Assembly (NCBI GenBank): GCA_002315855.1
Contig: DCIG01000045.1
Location: 2,196 to 66,195 of the forward strand
From: Lentisphaeria bacterium UBA1732
GTDB lineage: Bacteria > Verrucomicrobiota > Lentisphaeria > Victivallales > UBA1829
Direction of reading: 5' to 3'
Length of the DNA: 64,000 nt
Under the pieces are notes generated by a model. That model was not told where the DNA came from. It made no database searches and saw nothing but the letters and a program-made list of their open reading frames with translations. Position numbers and translations under genes: made by a program. Shown here piece by piece: positions 55,864-64,000 of this stretch; the first letter of the stretch is position 1; every line of letters begins with the position of its first letter.

Positions 55864-57534
55864 CTATGCCTTTGTCTTGCGCTTTTTCAGCATGTCGGCG
55901 GCATGAGTGAGTGCGGATTCTCCGCCGCCCAGCATTCGTGCGATTTCCTTGACTCTTGCTGCGTCGTCCAGTCTTGCGATGCGCGACACCGTTGTATTGT
56001 CCTCCGCGCTTTTGACTACGCGGAAATGGGTGTCGGCGCAGACTGCCACCTGTGCCAGATGCGAGATGGAAATGATTTGTTTGCTCTTGCCCAGCAGGGC
56101 CAGTTCTTCTCCTACGCGGCACGCCGTTTCTCCGCCGATGTTGGCGTCGATTTCGTCGAAAACCAGCGTCGGAATATCGTCTGCATTGGCCAGTACGGTT
56201 TTGACGGCCAGCATGACACGCGCCACTTCACCGCTGCTTGCCACGTCGCGGAGCGGAATCAGCGGCATTCCCGGATTTGCCGAGAATAGAAATTCCACAT
56301 GGTCGAATCCGTTCGCACCGTCCTGTGCCGTTGAAAATTCAATATGATAGGATGCCTGCAAAAATCCCAGTTTGCGGGTCTCGCTGGACAGTACCTCTTC
56401 CAGTTCCCGCGCGGTCTGCCTGCGTTTTGCGGAAAGTTCCTCCGCCGCCTTGTGCCAGACCTCATACAGACCCTTTTCCTGCTTGTCGAATTCTGCTCTC
56501 TTCAGTGCCGCGTCGTCGAATGCGTTCAACCGTTCGCTGAGATTCTCCAGATGCTCCAGTACATCGTCCAGTGTTGGACCGTAACGCCGTTTCAGCGTTT
56601 GAATCAGCCTCATTCGGGCTTCCATTTCATTGAAATCGTTTTCGTTGATTTCCACGCTGTCCGCGAACGATGCCAAATCGCATGACAGTCCGTCGATGGA
56701 GTCCCGTATCCCGTCCAGTGCGGTCAGAAATTCTCCTGCTTTCACGGGTTCGATTCGGTCCAGCGAAAGCAGCATTCGTCGGCAGTCTGCCAGACGCGAA
56801 CTCAGGCTTTCTTCGCTTTCCGTCAGAGCCGAGCAGGTCGCCGATGCGATTTCCAGCACGGTGTGAGCGTTTGCGGCGAGTGTATGCCGGGCTTCCAGTT
56901 CGTCGTCTTCTCCTGCATGGAGTCCCGCCTGTTCGATTTCCACGCGGTCGCGGCGGAGTCGGTTTGCCTCTTCGGGGGAGGGCAGGTCTTCGGCGAATTG
57001 CTCCCGTTCTTTGCGGAGTGCGGCGAGTGCTTCCCAGGCGGTGCGGACTGCGTTGCATTCGTCATGCAGTCCGGCGAAACGGTCCAGTACGATCAGGTGA
57101 TTGGCGGAATCCAGAATCGACGCGTTTTCGTTCGCCGCGTGAACATCCACCAGATAGGACGAAATCGTCCTCAGCAGTGCCAGTGTTACCGATGCCCCGT
57201 TGATGAAATTACGGCTGGATGTTGCTGTCATCACGCGCCGCACCAGAATGGTGTCGGGACTGTCCGGCGAAATCAGCGAGTTTTCTTCCAGAATCGCGCG
57301 CAGGACCGGCTGTGTCCCCGGGGCAATGCTGAATTCTGCTGATATTTCACATTGACGCGCTCCGTTTCGGATGGCGGATTTGTCTGCTCTCGCTCCGAAA
57401 AGCAGCGACAAAGCTCCCATGAAAACCGATTTGCCTGCTCCGGTTTCCCCGGTAACTGCATTGAATGATGATCCGAATTCGACTTCGGCTTCTTGGACGA
57501 TTGCCAGATTTTGTACACTGAGCCAGTTTAGCAT
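55864..57534 (-). CDS. recN: DNA repair protein RecN
   Basis: The start at ATG 57534 gives 'MLNWLSVQNLAIVQEAEVEFGSSFNAVTGETGAGKSV' (Walker A). It has a coiled-coil middle, and C-terminal 'SGGE' and 'LVFDEIDANIGG' blocks. The track ORF adds 45 spurious N-terminal codons. Confidence 0.9.
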   Translation of the reverse strand: MLNWLSVQNLAIVQEAEVEFGSSFNAVTGETGAGKSVFMGALSLLFGARADKSAIRNGARQCEISAEFSIAPGTQPVLRAILEENSLISPDSPDTILVRRVMTATSSRNFINGASVTLALLRTISSYLVDVHAANENASILDSANHLIVLDRFAGLHDECNAVRTAWEALAALRKEREQFAEDLPSPEEANRLRRDRVEIEQAGLHAGEDDELEARHTLAANAHTVLEIASATCSALTESEESLSSRLADCRRMLLSLDRIEPVKAGEFLTALDGIRDSIDGLSCDLASFADSVEINENDFNEMEARMRLIQTLKRRYGPTLDDVLEHLENLSERLNAFDDAALKRAEFDKQEKGLYEVWHKAAEELSAKRRQTARELEEVLSSETRKLGFLQASYHIEFSTAQDGANGFDHVEFLFSANPGMPLIPLRDVASSGEVARVMLAVKTVLANADDIPTLVFDEIDANIGGETACRVGEELALLGKSKQIISISHLAQVAVCADTHFRVVKSAEDNTTVSRIARLDDAARVKEIARMLGGGESALTHAADMLKKRKTKA

Positions 57535-57568
57535 ATTGGATGATCCCCGTGAGGAATACTGTATTTTT

Positions 57569-57705
57569 TGAGCTGATTTCAAAAGTCGTTGGCGGGCATG
57601 GTTTGAGGCGGTTGCTGGGGAAGTAACCGCCGGAAACGCTCTTCCGGCAAATGCCGAAGAAAATTTCAAATCTCCCGCAGGACTTTGAAAATTTGTCCCC
57701 GCCTA
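57569..57705. repeat. intergenic inverted-repeat element, copy B
   Basis: The left arm tgagctgatttcaaaagtc (57569-57587) is complementary to the right arm gactttgaaaat (57681-57692). Internal hairpins are ggcggttgc/gtaaccgcc and gccggaa/ttccggc. The core matches copy A at 50 of 60 positions. Confidence 0.6.
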
Positions 57706-57959
57706 TGAAAAATACGGCTTTTTTCTGAAAAATCAACTGAATTTTATTGAAAAATATGAAAAAAAAGATGCCTCTGCTTGAAACACGCCCCCGATGAAAG
57801 TATATTTATCACCGAATCTGATTTCTATTCTTTAATTTTAAGAACTGATTTCTTTTTTTGAATTTGGCTCATGAGTCTTCTGAATTGAATTTCGCCCGGA
57901 TGCGTCCTTTCAATTCGGAGTCTTGCCTTGTATGTCCCCATTTGAAAAAACAGGTCTCA

Positions 57960-58673
57960 ATGAACGGAAAAAACAACAGAATCCGCCGGAAAGCGGAACT
58001 CATCTACGATACGCTGATGGCTCTTTATGGTCCTCAGAAATGCTGCCTTGAGCACAATACGCCTTTTCAGCTCCTCGTGGCCACCATTCTCTCTGCTCAG
58101 TGCACGGACAAAAAGGTGAACAGCATTACGCCCGCGTTGTTTGAACGCTGGCCCGATGCCAAAGCCTTTGCTTCCTGTTCTCAGACTGAACTGGAGGATG
58201 CAATTCATGTCTGCGGTTTTTTCCATGCGAAAGCGGAACACATTCGCGGCGCGGCAAAAATGCTCGTGGATCTGTATGGCGGTGAAGTCCCGCAGAATAT
58301 GGACGCTTTGACCAAACTCCCCGGTGTCGGTCGCAAAACGGCTAATGTCGTGCTCGGCGATGCCTTTGAAACGCCCGGTCTTCCCGTCGATACCCATGTG
58401 AAACGCCTCACCAATCTGATTGGTCTTGCGGATACGGATGACCCCGTCAGAATCGAACAGTTCCTTTGTTCGATTCTCCCTCCCGGAAAATGGGCGCAGT
58501 TCTCTCACTTGCTGATTCTTCACGGGCGTACCCGATGCCCCGCCCGCCGTCCTGATTGTGCCGGTTGTGAAATTTCCGAATTTTGTGATTTCATGCAGAA
58601 AGCATCCTCGAAGACACCCCAGAAAATGAAAACAAACGCCCCGAAGCCACGAAAGAAAAACAATCATGAATAA
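57960..58673 (+). CDS. nth: endonuclease III
   Basis: 'PFQLLVATILSAQCTDKKVN', HhH-GPD 'LPGVGRKTANVVL' and the 4Fe-4S cluster loop 'C.....C..C....C' match. I prefer the ATG at 57960 (MNGKNN...). Confidence 0.9.
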   Translation: MNGKNNRIRRKAELIYDTLMALYGPQKCCLEHNTPFQLLVATILSAQCTDKKVNSITPALFERWPDAKAFASCSQTELEDAIHVCGFFHAKAEHIRGAAKMLVDLYGGEVPQNMDALTKLPGVGRKTANVVLGDAFETPGLPVDTHVKRLTNLIGLADTDDPVRIEQFLCSILPPGKWAQFSHLLILHGRTRCPARRPDCAGCEISEFCDFMQKASSKTPQKMKTNAPKPRKKNNHE

Positions 58674-59370
58674 ATTCAAAAAAGCATTCCGGAAAATTCA
58701 CAAATTCCCGGACTGGCTGTACTGGTTCCCATCACGCATTATGCTGTTGTGGCGGCATTTGACGCCAACGGAAATTATTGACCCCAATGGCCTTTTGGAG
58801 GAGTATCTGCAAACTCCTTCCCGTGTCTGTGTGGTTACTCTTTGGCACAACCGCCTGTTGATGCTTCCCCCGGCGTTTCCCAAGTCCATTCGTCAGCGCA
58901 CGGTTGCCGTGATCAGTGCCTCCCGCGATGGTCAGTATATCGCTGATTTCGCCGCTCAGTTCGGCGTGAAGAGCATTCGCGGCTCCAGCCGCGGCGATGC
59001 CGTTTCCGTCCTGCGCAATGCCCTCAATACCGTGAAGGGCGGATGTCTTGTGGCATTCACCCCCGATGGCCCGCGCGGTCCCCGTTACCGCATGAGCAAA
59101 GGTCCCGTTCATGTCGCGTCCAAACTCGGCGCGCCTTTGATTGCCGTCGGCATTAACTATTCCGCTTACTGGTCAATCCGGAGCTGGGACGGGTTCCGCA
59201 TTCCGAAGCCCTGGTCGAAAATGAAAATCGTAATCGGGGATGAACTTCATGTCCCGCAGAACCTCAATGCCAATCAGATGGAGGAATGGCGTCTCAAAGC
59301 TCAGGATGAACTTGACCGGGTCTCTATGGTTACGTTGCAGGAAAGACAGTCGATTACATGGAAAAATTAG
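58666..59370 (+). CDS. DUF374 domain protein (lysophospholipid acyltransferase superfamily)
   Basis: 'LWHNRLL......AVISASRDGQYIADFAAQFGVKSIRGSS.....VL......V..G..VAFTPDGPRGPRY' matches the DUF374 pattern. It overlaps the nth stop by 8 nt. Confidence 0.75.
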   Translation: MNKFKKAFRKIHKFPDWLYWFPSRIMLLWRHLTPTEIIDPNGLLEEYLQTPSRVCVVTLWHNRLLMLPPAFPKSIRQRTVAVISASRDGQYIADFAAQFGVKSIRGSSRGDAVSVLRNALNTVKGGCLVAFTPDGPRGPRYRMSKGPVHVASKLGAPLIAVGINYSAYWSIRSWDGFRIPKPWSKMKIVIGDELHVPQNLNANQMEEWRLKAQDELDRVSMVTLQERQSITWKN

Positions 59371-60614
59371 CAGTCATTTGCATTGGCGATGAGCTTCTGA
59401 AAGGGGCCGTCGTAAACACCGGTTTAGCCGCAATCGGGCATTTCCTCCTCGAATACGGCATAATCCCCGAATTTGCCTGTGAAATCCCCGATACACGGGA
59501 GGCTATTGAGGAAGCTCTTGAGTTCGCCCTGAAAAAAGCCGATACGGTCATTACCAGCGGCGGCCTTGGCTCCACGGCGGATGATGTTACCAAGGAATTT
59601 ATCGCGGCCAGTCTCGGAATCCGTCTGGAGGAGAACGGCGAGGCCATGCGCAATGTTCAGGCTTTCTGGAGAATGAAGCATCCCGGCGAGGAAGTCCCTC
59701 ATCGGGTGTTCAATCAGGCTCTTGTTCCTGTTGGCGCTAAAGTCCTTCAGAATGACTGCGGCTCTGCTCCCGGTCTCATTCTGACCGTCCCTGAGTCTTC
59801 GGAAGAATTTGCGGGGAAGACCATTGTCATGCTCCCCGGTTCGCCCTCCGAACTTGAGCCAATGCTTGCCGGAAAACTTGCCGCATGGGTGCGCCGTGAA
59901 CTGAAAACTCAGGTCTTTACCCGCGAATTTCGCATTTGCGGACGGCGCGAGGGCGATGTCGAGGAGCGTATGCTTCCTGTTTTGAGCCGTCATCATGGTT
60001 CTCTGGATGCCGCTTACTGCGCCACAGCCCAGTTCGTGCGCCTGTTCATCCGTTCCCGCAATCCTGAAGTCATGGATGCTTCCATCTCCGAAATACGGGC
60101 GGAATTTGGCGATGATTTGCTCCGGGATGAGCACGTCAGCCTGCCCGAAGAAGTATTCGAGCTGCTCCGCGACAATGGCGGGACGCTTGCCGTCGCGGAA
60201 TCCTGTACAGGCGGTCTCGTTTCCAAGTGGATGACCGACATGCCGGGCAGTTCCGAGGTGTTCTGCGGCTCTGTCGTCAGCTACAGCAATGAGGTCAAAT
60301 CCTCCTTGCTTCAGGTCCCCGGTGAAATCCTGAAAAAATACGGTGCCGTGAGCAGGGAGACTGCCCGCGCCATGCTGGATGGACTGCGTACAGCCATACC
60401 TTCGGATGCCGCAATCGCTTTGACCGGCATTGCAGGTCCCGGAGGTGCTTCCGTCGGCAAGCCTGTCGGTCTCGTCTATGCCGCTGTCCGTTACCGGGAT
60501 ACAGTGGATGTGTGCGAGCTGCGCCTGCGCAGAAGCCGCGAACAGATTCGCGCCGGAGCCGCGGCGGAAGCGCTGGATCACCTGCGCCGCATGATTCTGC
60601 ATCCCGCTGAATGA
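59358..60614 (+). CDS. cinA: CinA family protein (MoCF-binding domain + nicotinamide-nucleotide amidase PncC domain)
   Basis: 'VICIGDELLKGAVVNTG......ADTVITSGGLGSTADDVT' and the C-terminal 'LAVAESCTGGL....T...GSS' match. Confidence 0.85.
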   Translation: MEKLAVICIGDELLKGAVVNTGLAAIGHFLLEYGIIPEFACEIPDTREAIEEALEFALKKADTVITSGGLGSTADDVTKEFIAASLGIRLEENGEAMRNVQAFWRMKHPGEEVPHRVFNQALVPVGAKVLQNDCGSAPGLILTVPESSEEFAGKTIVMLPGSPSELEPMLAGKLAAWVRRELKTQVFTREFRICGRREGDVEERMLPVLSRHHGSLDAAYCATAQFVRLFIRSRNPEVMDASISEIRAEFGDDLLRDEHVSLPEEVFELLRDNGGTLAVAESCTGGLVSKWMTDMPGSSEVFCGSVVSYSNEVKSSLLQVPGEILKKYGAVSRETARAMLDGLRTAIPSDAAIALTGIAGPGGASVGKPVGLVYAAVRYRDTVDVCELRLRRSREQIRAGAAAEALDHLRRMILHPAE

Positions 60615-62353
60615 AAACAAGCGGAATGATGAAGATGCTTCACGATAATCAACCTCGTACTGACGGTGTGCCGGACCGTATCAGTGCTTTGGCGTTCCTG
60701 CGCTATCTGCTGAACGCCGCATGGCCGTTCCGCTTCGTCTATTTGGGGATTCTGCTTCTGATGATTGCCTCGGCGGCCGCCGGGTACATCCAGCCCCTTT
60801 TGCAGAAGAAACTGATTAATATTCTCACCTCGGACGGAGCAGCGAAAGACGGCGTCTGGGCTGTCTTCATTTGGACGGGCATCCTGTATGGATTCATCCG
60901 CGTGGAAAACTCCATTCAGATGTATGCCGTCAACTCCACCGTGCAGAAGGTCATGTACCGCCTCAAATCGCGGATTATGGCGAAACTGCTGGAACTGCCC
61001 GTCGGTCTCCTCAATCAGCTCGGCGGCGGCTACCTCGCAGGTCGTCTGAACAGCGATTTGACACAGATTCAGCTCTTTTTCTCGAATATCCTGTTCTCCA
61101 TGATTCTGAACGTGCTTCAGGTCATTGGCGGGCTTGTTCTCCTCTTCATTCTGAACTGGAAAGTCGGTCTTGCCACACTCCTCATTTTCCCCCTTTACCT
61201 GCTGCTTCTGATGCACTTCCGCGGCAAACACTACCGCCTGTCGAAGCAGATGAGCGAGGAGCGGGCGAAAAATCAGCGCATGGTCTCCAACTCAATTGTG
61301 AGCATAAGCATGGTCAAAAGTCATGCGGCGGAGGACAAGGTCAACTCCAAAATACGAAGCGGATTTGCACGTGAAACGGTCTTTCGTCTTGAATCTGTTA
61401 AGGTTGCGAATATCTTTCTCTTCCTGTCGAACATGATTCCCATGCTCAGTCAGGGCATTCTGGCAACCGTCGGTGTTTACCTCATTCTGAGGGGAAACTG
61501 GACGCTTGGGATGCTTTGGGCTCTGCACTGCTACATGAACAATGTCTTTTCCCCGCTGGGAAGCCTTTGCAGTTCGTATCTTACTTATCAGACTGCACTT
61601 GCGGGGGCGGTGCGGCTGATTGAACTGGAACAGCACACCAGCGAACCTCATATCGAGGGGGGAATCTCCGATTTTGAGCTGAAAGGCAAGGTTGAAATCC
61701 GTGATTTGGACTTCGGCTACCACGGCAGAAACGATGTGCTGAAACAGGCAAATCTGAGGGTAAATCCGGGGGAACACCTCGTAATCATGGGGGCATCCGG
61801 ATCGGGGAAAAGCACGCTTTTCGCCCTGCTGCTGGGATTCTTCCGTCCGTCCGGCGGAAAAATCCTGATTGATGATATTGATTTAACTGACTACAATATG
61901 AAAGTGTTGCGCCGGAAAATCGGCTACATCGGCGCAACGGGCGACTTCATCCACGGCACCATCCGCGAAAACCTGCTGATCGGATGCCGGATACGCCCGG
62001 ATGACGCTCAGATCATGAAGGCGCTGAACGCCTCCGGCGCAGACTTCATTCAGGCTCTTCCTGAGGGGATTGATACGGTTTTGCAGGAGGCCCGCACCAA
62101 CTTTTCCTTCGGAGAACAGCTCCGTCTTTCCCTCGCCCGTGAGCTTCTGCGAGGGTGCGACCTGCTCCTGATTGATGAGGCGACCGCCAACCTCGACCGG
62201 GCAAACGAAACCAACTTCCTTGAGACCGTTTTCCGGGTTTTTGAGGGGAAAACGATCCTGATGATCCGTCATACTTCGCACCCGCTGACGGATTCTCTGC
62301 CGCATGTCGAGCTGAAAGACGGCAAATTCGAGCTCAAAAGCACTGCATTTTGA
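60611..62353 (+). CDS. ABC exporter, fused permease/ATPase (MsbA-like type I)
   Basis: 6-TM N-terminal half. Walker A 'GASGSGKST', signature-like 'FSFGEQLR' and Walker B 'LLLIDEATANLD' are present. The ATG overlaps the cinA stop (ATGA). Confidence 0.85.
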   Translation: MKTSGMMKMLHDNQPRTDGVPDRISALAFLRYLLNAAWPFRFVYLGILLLMIASAAAGYIQPLLQKKLINILTSDGAAKDGVWAVFIWTGILYGFIRVENSIQMYAVNSTVQKVMYRLKSRIMAKLLELPVGLLNQLGGGYLAGRLNSDLTQIQLFFSNILFSMILNVLQVIGGLVLLFILNWKVGLATLLIFPLYLLLLMHFRGKHYRLSKQMSEERAKNQRMVSNSIVSISMVKSHAAEDKVNSKIRSGFARETVFRLESVKVANIFLFLSNMIPMLSQGILATVGVYLILRGNWTLGMLWALHCYMNNVFSPLGSLCSSYLTYQTALAGAVRLIELEQHTSEPHIEGGISDFELKGKVEIRDLDFGYHGRNDVLKQANLRVNPGEHLVIMGASGSGKSTLFALLLGFFRPSGGKILIDDIDLTDYNMKVLRRKIGYIGATGDFIHGTIRENLLIGCRIRPDDAQIMKALNASGADFIQALPEGIDTVLQEARTNFSFGEQLRLSLARELLRGCDLLLIDEATANLDRANETNFLETVFRVFEGKTILMIRHTSHPLTDSLPHVELKDGKFELKSTAF

Positions 62354-62417
62354 ACTGAAAAAATTCCCCTCATGAAAATTCATGAGAGGAATTGTATCTT
62401 TCCGCAAACAGAATGGT

Positions 62418-63506
62418 TTACTTCTGCGGTTGAGTCTTCTGACCCGGTTTCGGCAGGTTATCCAGCACGATTTTGGGCGGTTTCCAGTATTCGTGGTACA
62501 TATTCGACCATTCACGCTGCAAATCCTGCGAGGGTTCGAGGCCCATGTTGCGGAGCGCAACCAGCTTCATATTGAACATCATACAGCGGACGGGCAGTGT
62601 GTAAGGGAGGCATCCCAAAGCCGACCGGTAGACATCCTCAATGAACTGAACATCGTTTCTGAGGTAGCTGAAGTAGATTTTGTGCTCCCATGCACCGAGG
62701 TCATCCGGGGCAATCTGAAGAGCCTTTTCGACCAGCCTGGTGGCAAGCACTTTGTTGCTCTGTTCGAGGAACATGGCGAGACCGAGGTAGCCAAGCACGA
62801 GGTGGCGGTTTTCGGGTGTCAGCGGAGGGGGATTGAGGTTGAGAACGCTCTGATACAGCTCAGGGTTGAGCTTAATCATCTGTTCCCCCATCCAGCGGAA
62901 CGGCTCCTGTGCGGCGGCATCCAGCAGACGCGAGTTCTGCTTGTCATGAACGCGGTAGAGAGTGCGCGGGGTATCGGCATCATAGTGGATGTCGGTATCT
63001 GCGGCAAGGCGCATCATGAGGTAAACATCGTCATTAATGCCGGAGTTCGCCACCGGCTCGAAGTAGTTATGAGCGGCGAGAGCCTCCGCCCGGATGACCA
63101 TGGCATTGATGTTGATTTTCGGGGTGAAGAAAGCATTGAACTCGGAGTATTCGCCGCCGTGGACTTCGCCCGTGAGGCCATTGTCATTGAACAGGAACTT
63201 GCGTGCATAACTGGCACTGTAGTTGGGGTGAGCATCCATCATGGCAATGACGGAAGCGAGGTCAAACGGGAGCATGATGTCATCCTGGTCGAAAGACAGG
63301 ATATAGCGACCTCGCGCCTGCTTGCACATTTCCGTTCTGGCACGCCCGACGCCGAGGTTCTTTTCGGAACGCATGGGACGGACGATGTCAGGATAACGCT
63401 GAGCATACTCGTCAATGATACTCTGAGAGTCATCGGGCGAGCAGTCGTTGAACATGATGATTTCACTGCTTCGGAGAGTTTTTACGACGCGGATAATCGA
63501 GTCCAC
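62418..63506 (-). CDS. family 2 glycosyltransferase with TPR-like C-terminal region; true 5' end unresolved
   Basis: 'FNDCSPDDS...', 'ILSFDQDD' (DxD) and 'RAEA' match GT2. The GTG at 63506 is the first ATG/GTG/TTG in frame. However, the conserved GT2 beta-1 segment 'ATFLLPVYKANPDYL' is encoded in the same frame upstream (63518-63562). Confidence 0.75.
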   Translation of the reverse strand: MDSIIRVVKTLRSSEIIMFNDCSPDDSQSIIDEYAQRYPDIVRPMRSEKNLGVGRARTEMCKQARGRYILSFDQDDIMLPFDLASVIAMMDAHPNYSASYARKFLFNDNGLTGEVHGGEYSEFNAFFTPKININAMVIRAEALAAHNYFEPVANSGINDDVYLMMRLAADTDIHYDADTPRTLYRVHDKQNSRLLDAAAQEPFRWMGEQMIKLNPELYQSVLNLNPPPLTPENRHLVLGYLGLAMFLEQSNKVLATRLVEKALQIAPDDLGAWEHKIYFSYLRNDVQFIEDVYRSALGCLPYTLPVRCMMFNMKLVALRNMGLEPSQDLQREWSNMYHEYWKPPKIVLDNLPKPGQKTQPQK

Positions 63507-63676
63507 AGTGAGGCGGAGATAGTCGGGATTCGCCTTGTAGACAGGAAGCAGGAACGTGGCTTCGCAACGGTCAGAATCAGCCGCCGCCGTGTCCGAAACG
63601 GACGGAGACGGCTGAAGTGCCTGCTGTGAAGCATCGGGATTTGCCGGAAGAGGTGCGGTTTCAGGAGCTGTTCCGG

Positions 63677-64000
63677 TTATTTTTTGCCCTTCCCCGCAAA
63701 AGGGCAGGGGGGAACCTCCGTGACCAGGCTGGATTTCGTCTGCTCAATGACCTGCAAATCGCAAATGTGCTGAAGCTGTTTCTGGAACTGAGGAATGCGC
63801 ATGACGGTGTCCTGAACCATTTTCGGGGAGATGGTCTTGGTACATTCAATTTCGCGGGGAGTACCGACGTGGCGCGGACACCAGACAGGAGCTTTGGTGT
63901 CGAAGAAGAAATTGGTGTCATTCCAGCAGCCGTGGCAGAACAGGAAGTTTGTAACGCGGTATGGGGTGGGGAACTCGCAGTTCGGCATCGTGAAGCCGGA
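63677..64000 (-). CDS. Cys-rich protein fragment (N-terminus may lie outside the window), possibly the N-terminal part of the GT2 protein
   Basis: The ORF is open to the right window edge. '...MPNCEFPTPYRVTNFLFCHGCWNDTNFFFDTKAPVWCPRH...' It ends at a TAA immediately after an A6 tract. No family recognised. Confidence 0.4.
   Translation of the reverse strand, partial: SGFTMPNCEFPTPYRVTNFLFCHGCWNDTNFFFDTKAPVWCPRHVGTPREIECTKTISPKMVQDTVMRIPQFQKQLQHICDLQVIEQTKSSLVTEVPPCPFAGKGKK

Noticed and set aside
63641-63653. 13-nt match (cttccggcaaat on the minus strand) to the core of the intergenic repeat, inside the GT2 upstream linker region
   Set aside because: The similarity does not extend convincingly beyond about 20 nt. 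No flanking arms or hairpins are present, and the segment is in an open coding frame. I treat it as coincidental or at most a decayed fragment.
1-64000. Scan for CRISPR arrays, tRNA/rRNA genes, transposases, integrases and classic defence or toxin-antitoxin modules
   Set aside because: I saw no regularly spaced direct repeats with unique spacers, no T-loop (GGTTCGAATCC-like) signatures, and no ORFs with DDE, tyrosine-recombinase or serine-recombinase motifs. The repeats I did find are the intragenic FGE duplication, the RGG tandem repeat and the intergenic inverted-repeat family.

Overview
This 64 kb chromosomal segment is densely coding, with about 50 CDS mostly in short co-directional operons. 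I found no rRNA, tRNA, CRISPR array, transposase or prophage genes. The gene content suggests a PVC-group anaerobe (Lentisphaerae- or Verrucomicrobia-like): a prepilin-type N-terminal / H-X9-DG-type protein, CAZymes (heparinase-like fragment, GH115, SASA/CE6-like esterase), type III glutamine synthetase and an acyl-CoA dehydrogenase/EtfAB cluster. That taxonomic placement is inference only.

Recognisable blocks:
- glnN, purE, rpoZ-like, acd-etfAB
- DUF2851-DUF523
- A MacB/FtsX-type ABC pair plus a secreted prenyltransferase-repeat protein
- ECF cobalt/nickel importer cbiM(PDGLE)-cbiQ-cbiO
- NSS transporter
- ydbH-ynbE-ydbL (AsmA-like lipid-transport operon)
- A three-gene cassette of unknown membrane proteins
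- dat-ddc (1,3-diaminopropane synthesis), divergent from a prokaryotic pentameric ligand-gated ion channel and two tandem DMT transporters
- An SGNH-hydrolase/GT-C fusion
- LysM/YkuD-like, accA, GNAT, murI
- A Ser/Thr kinase
- tkt, recN
- nth-DUF374-cinA-ABC exporter
- A split GT2 gene at the right edge

The strongest signal is in a membrane-anchored protein with two tandem FGE-sulfatase / C-type-lectin-fold domains (47421-49163, minus strand). The last ~37 codons of each domain differ from each other only at codon positions 1-2, almost exclusively in NNC codons, on an otherwise identical scaffold. This is the footprint of diversity-generating-retroelement (DGR) variable regions. No template repeat, reverse transcriptase or avd is present in the window.

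Secondary signals:
- Two gene-start or gene-fusion frame breaks located exactly at poly-A tracts (the pLGIC and the GT2 gene).
- A family of hairpin-forming intergenic repeats that share a 17-nt arm.
- An RGG tandem-repeat insertion in the ABC permease.
- A YkuD-like domain that lacks its catalytic Cys.
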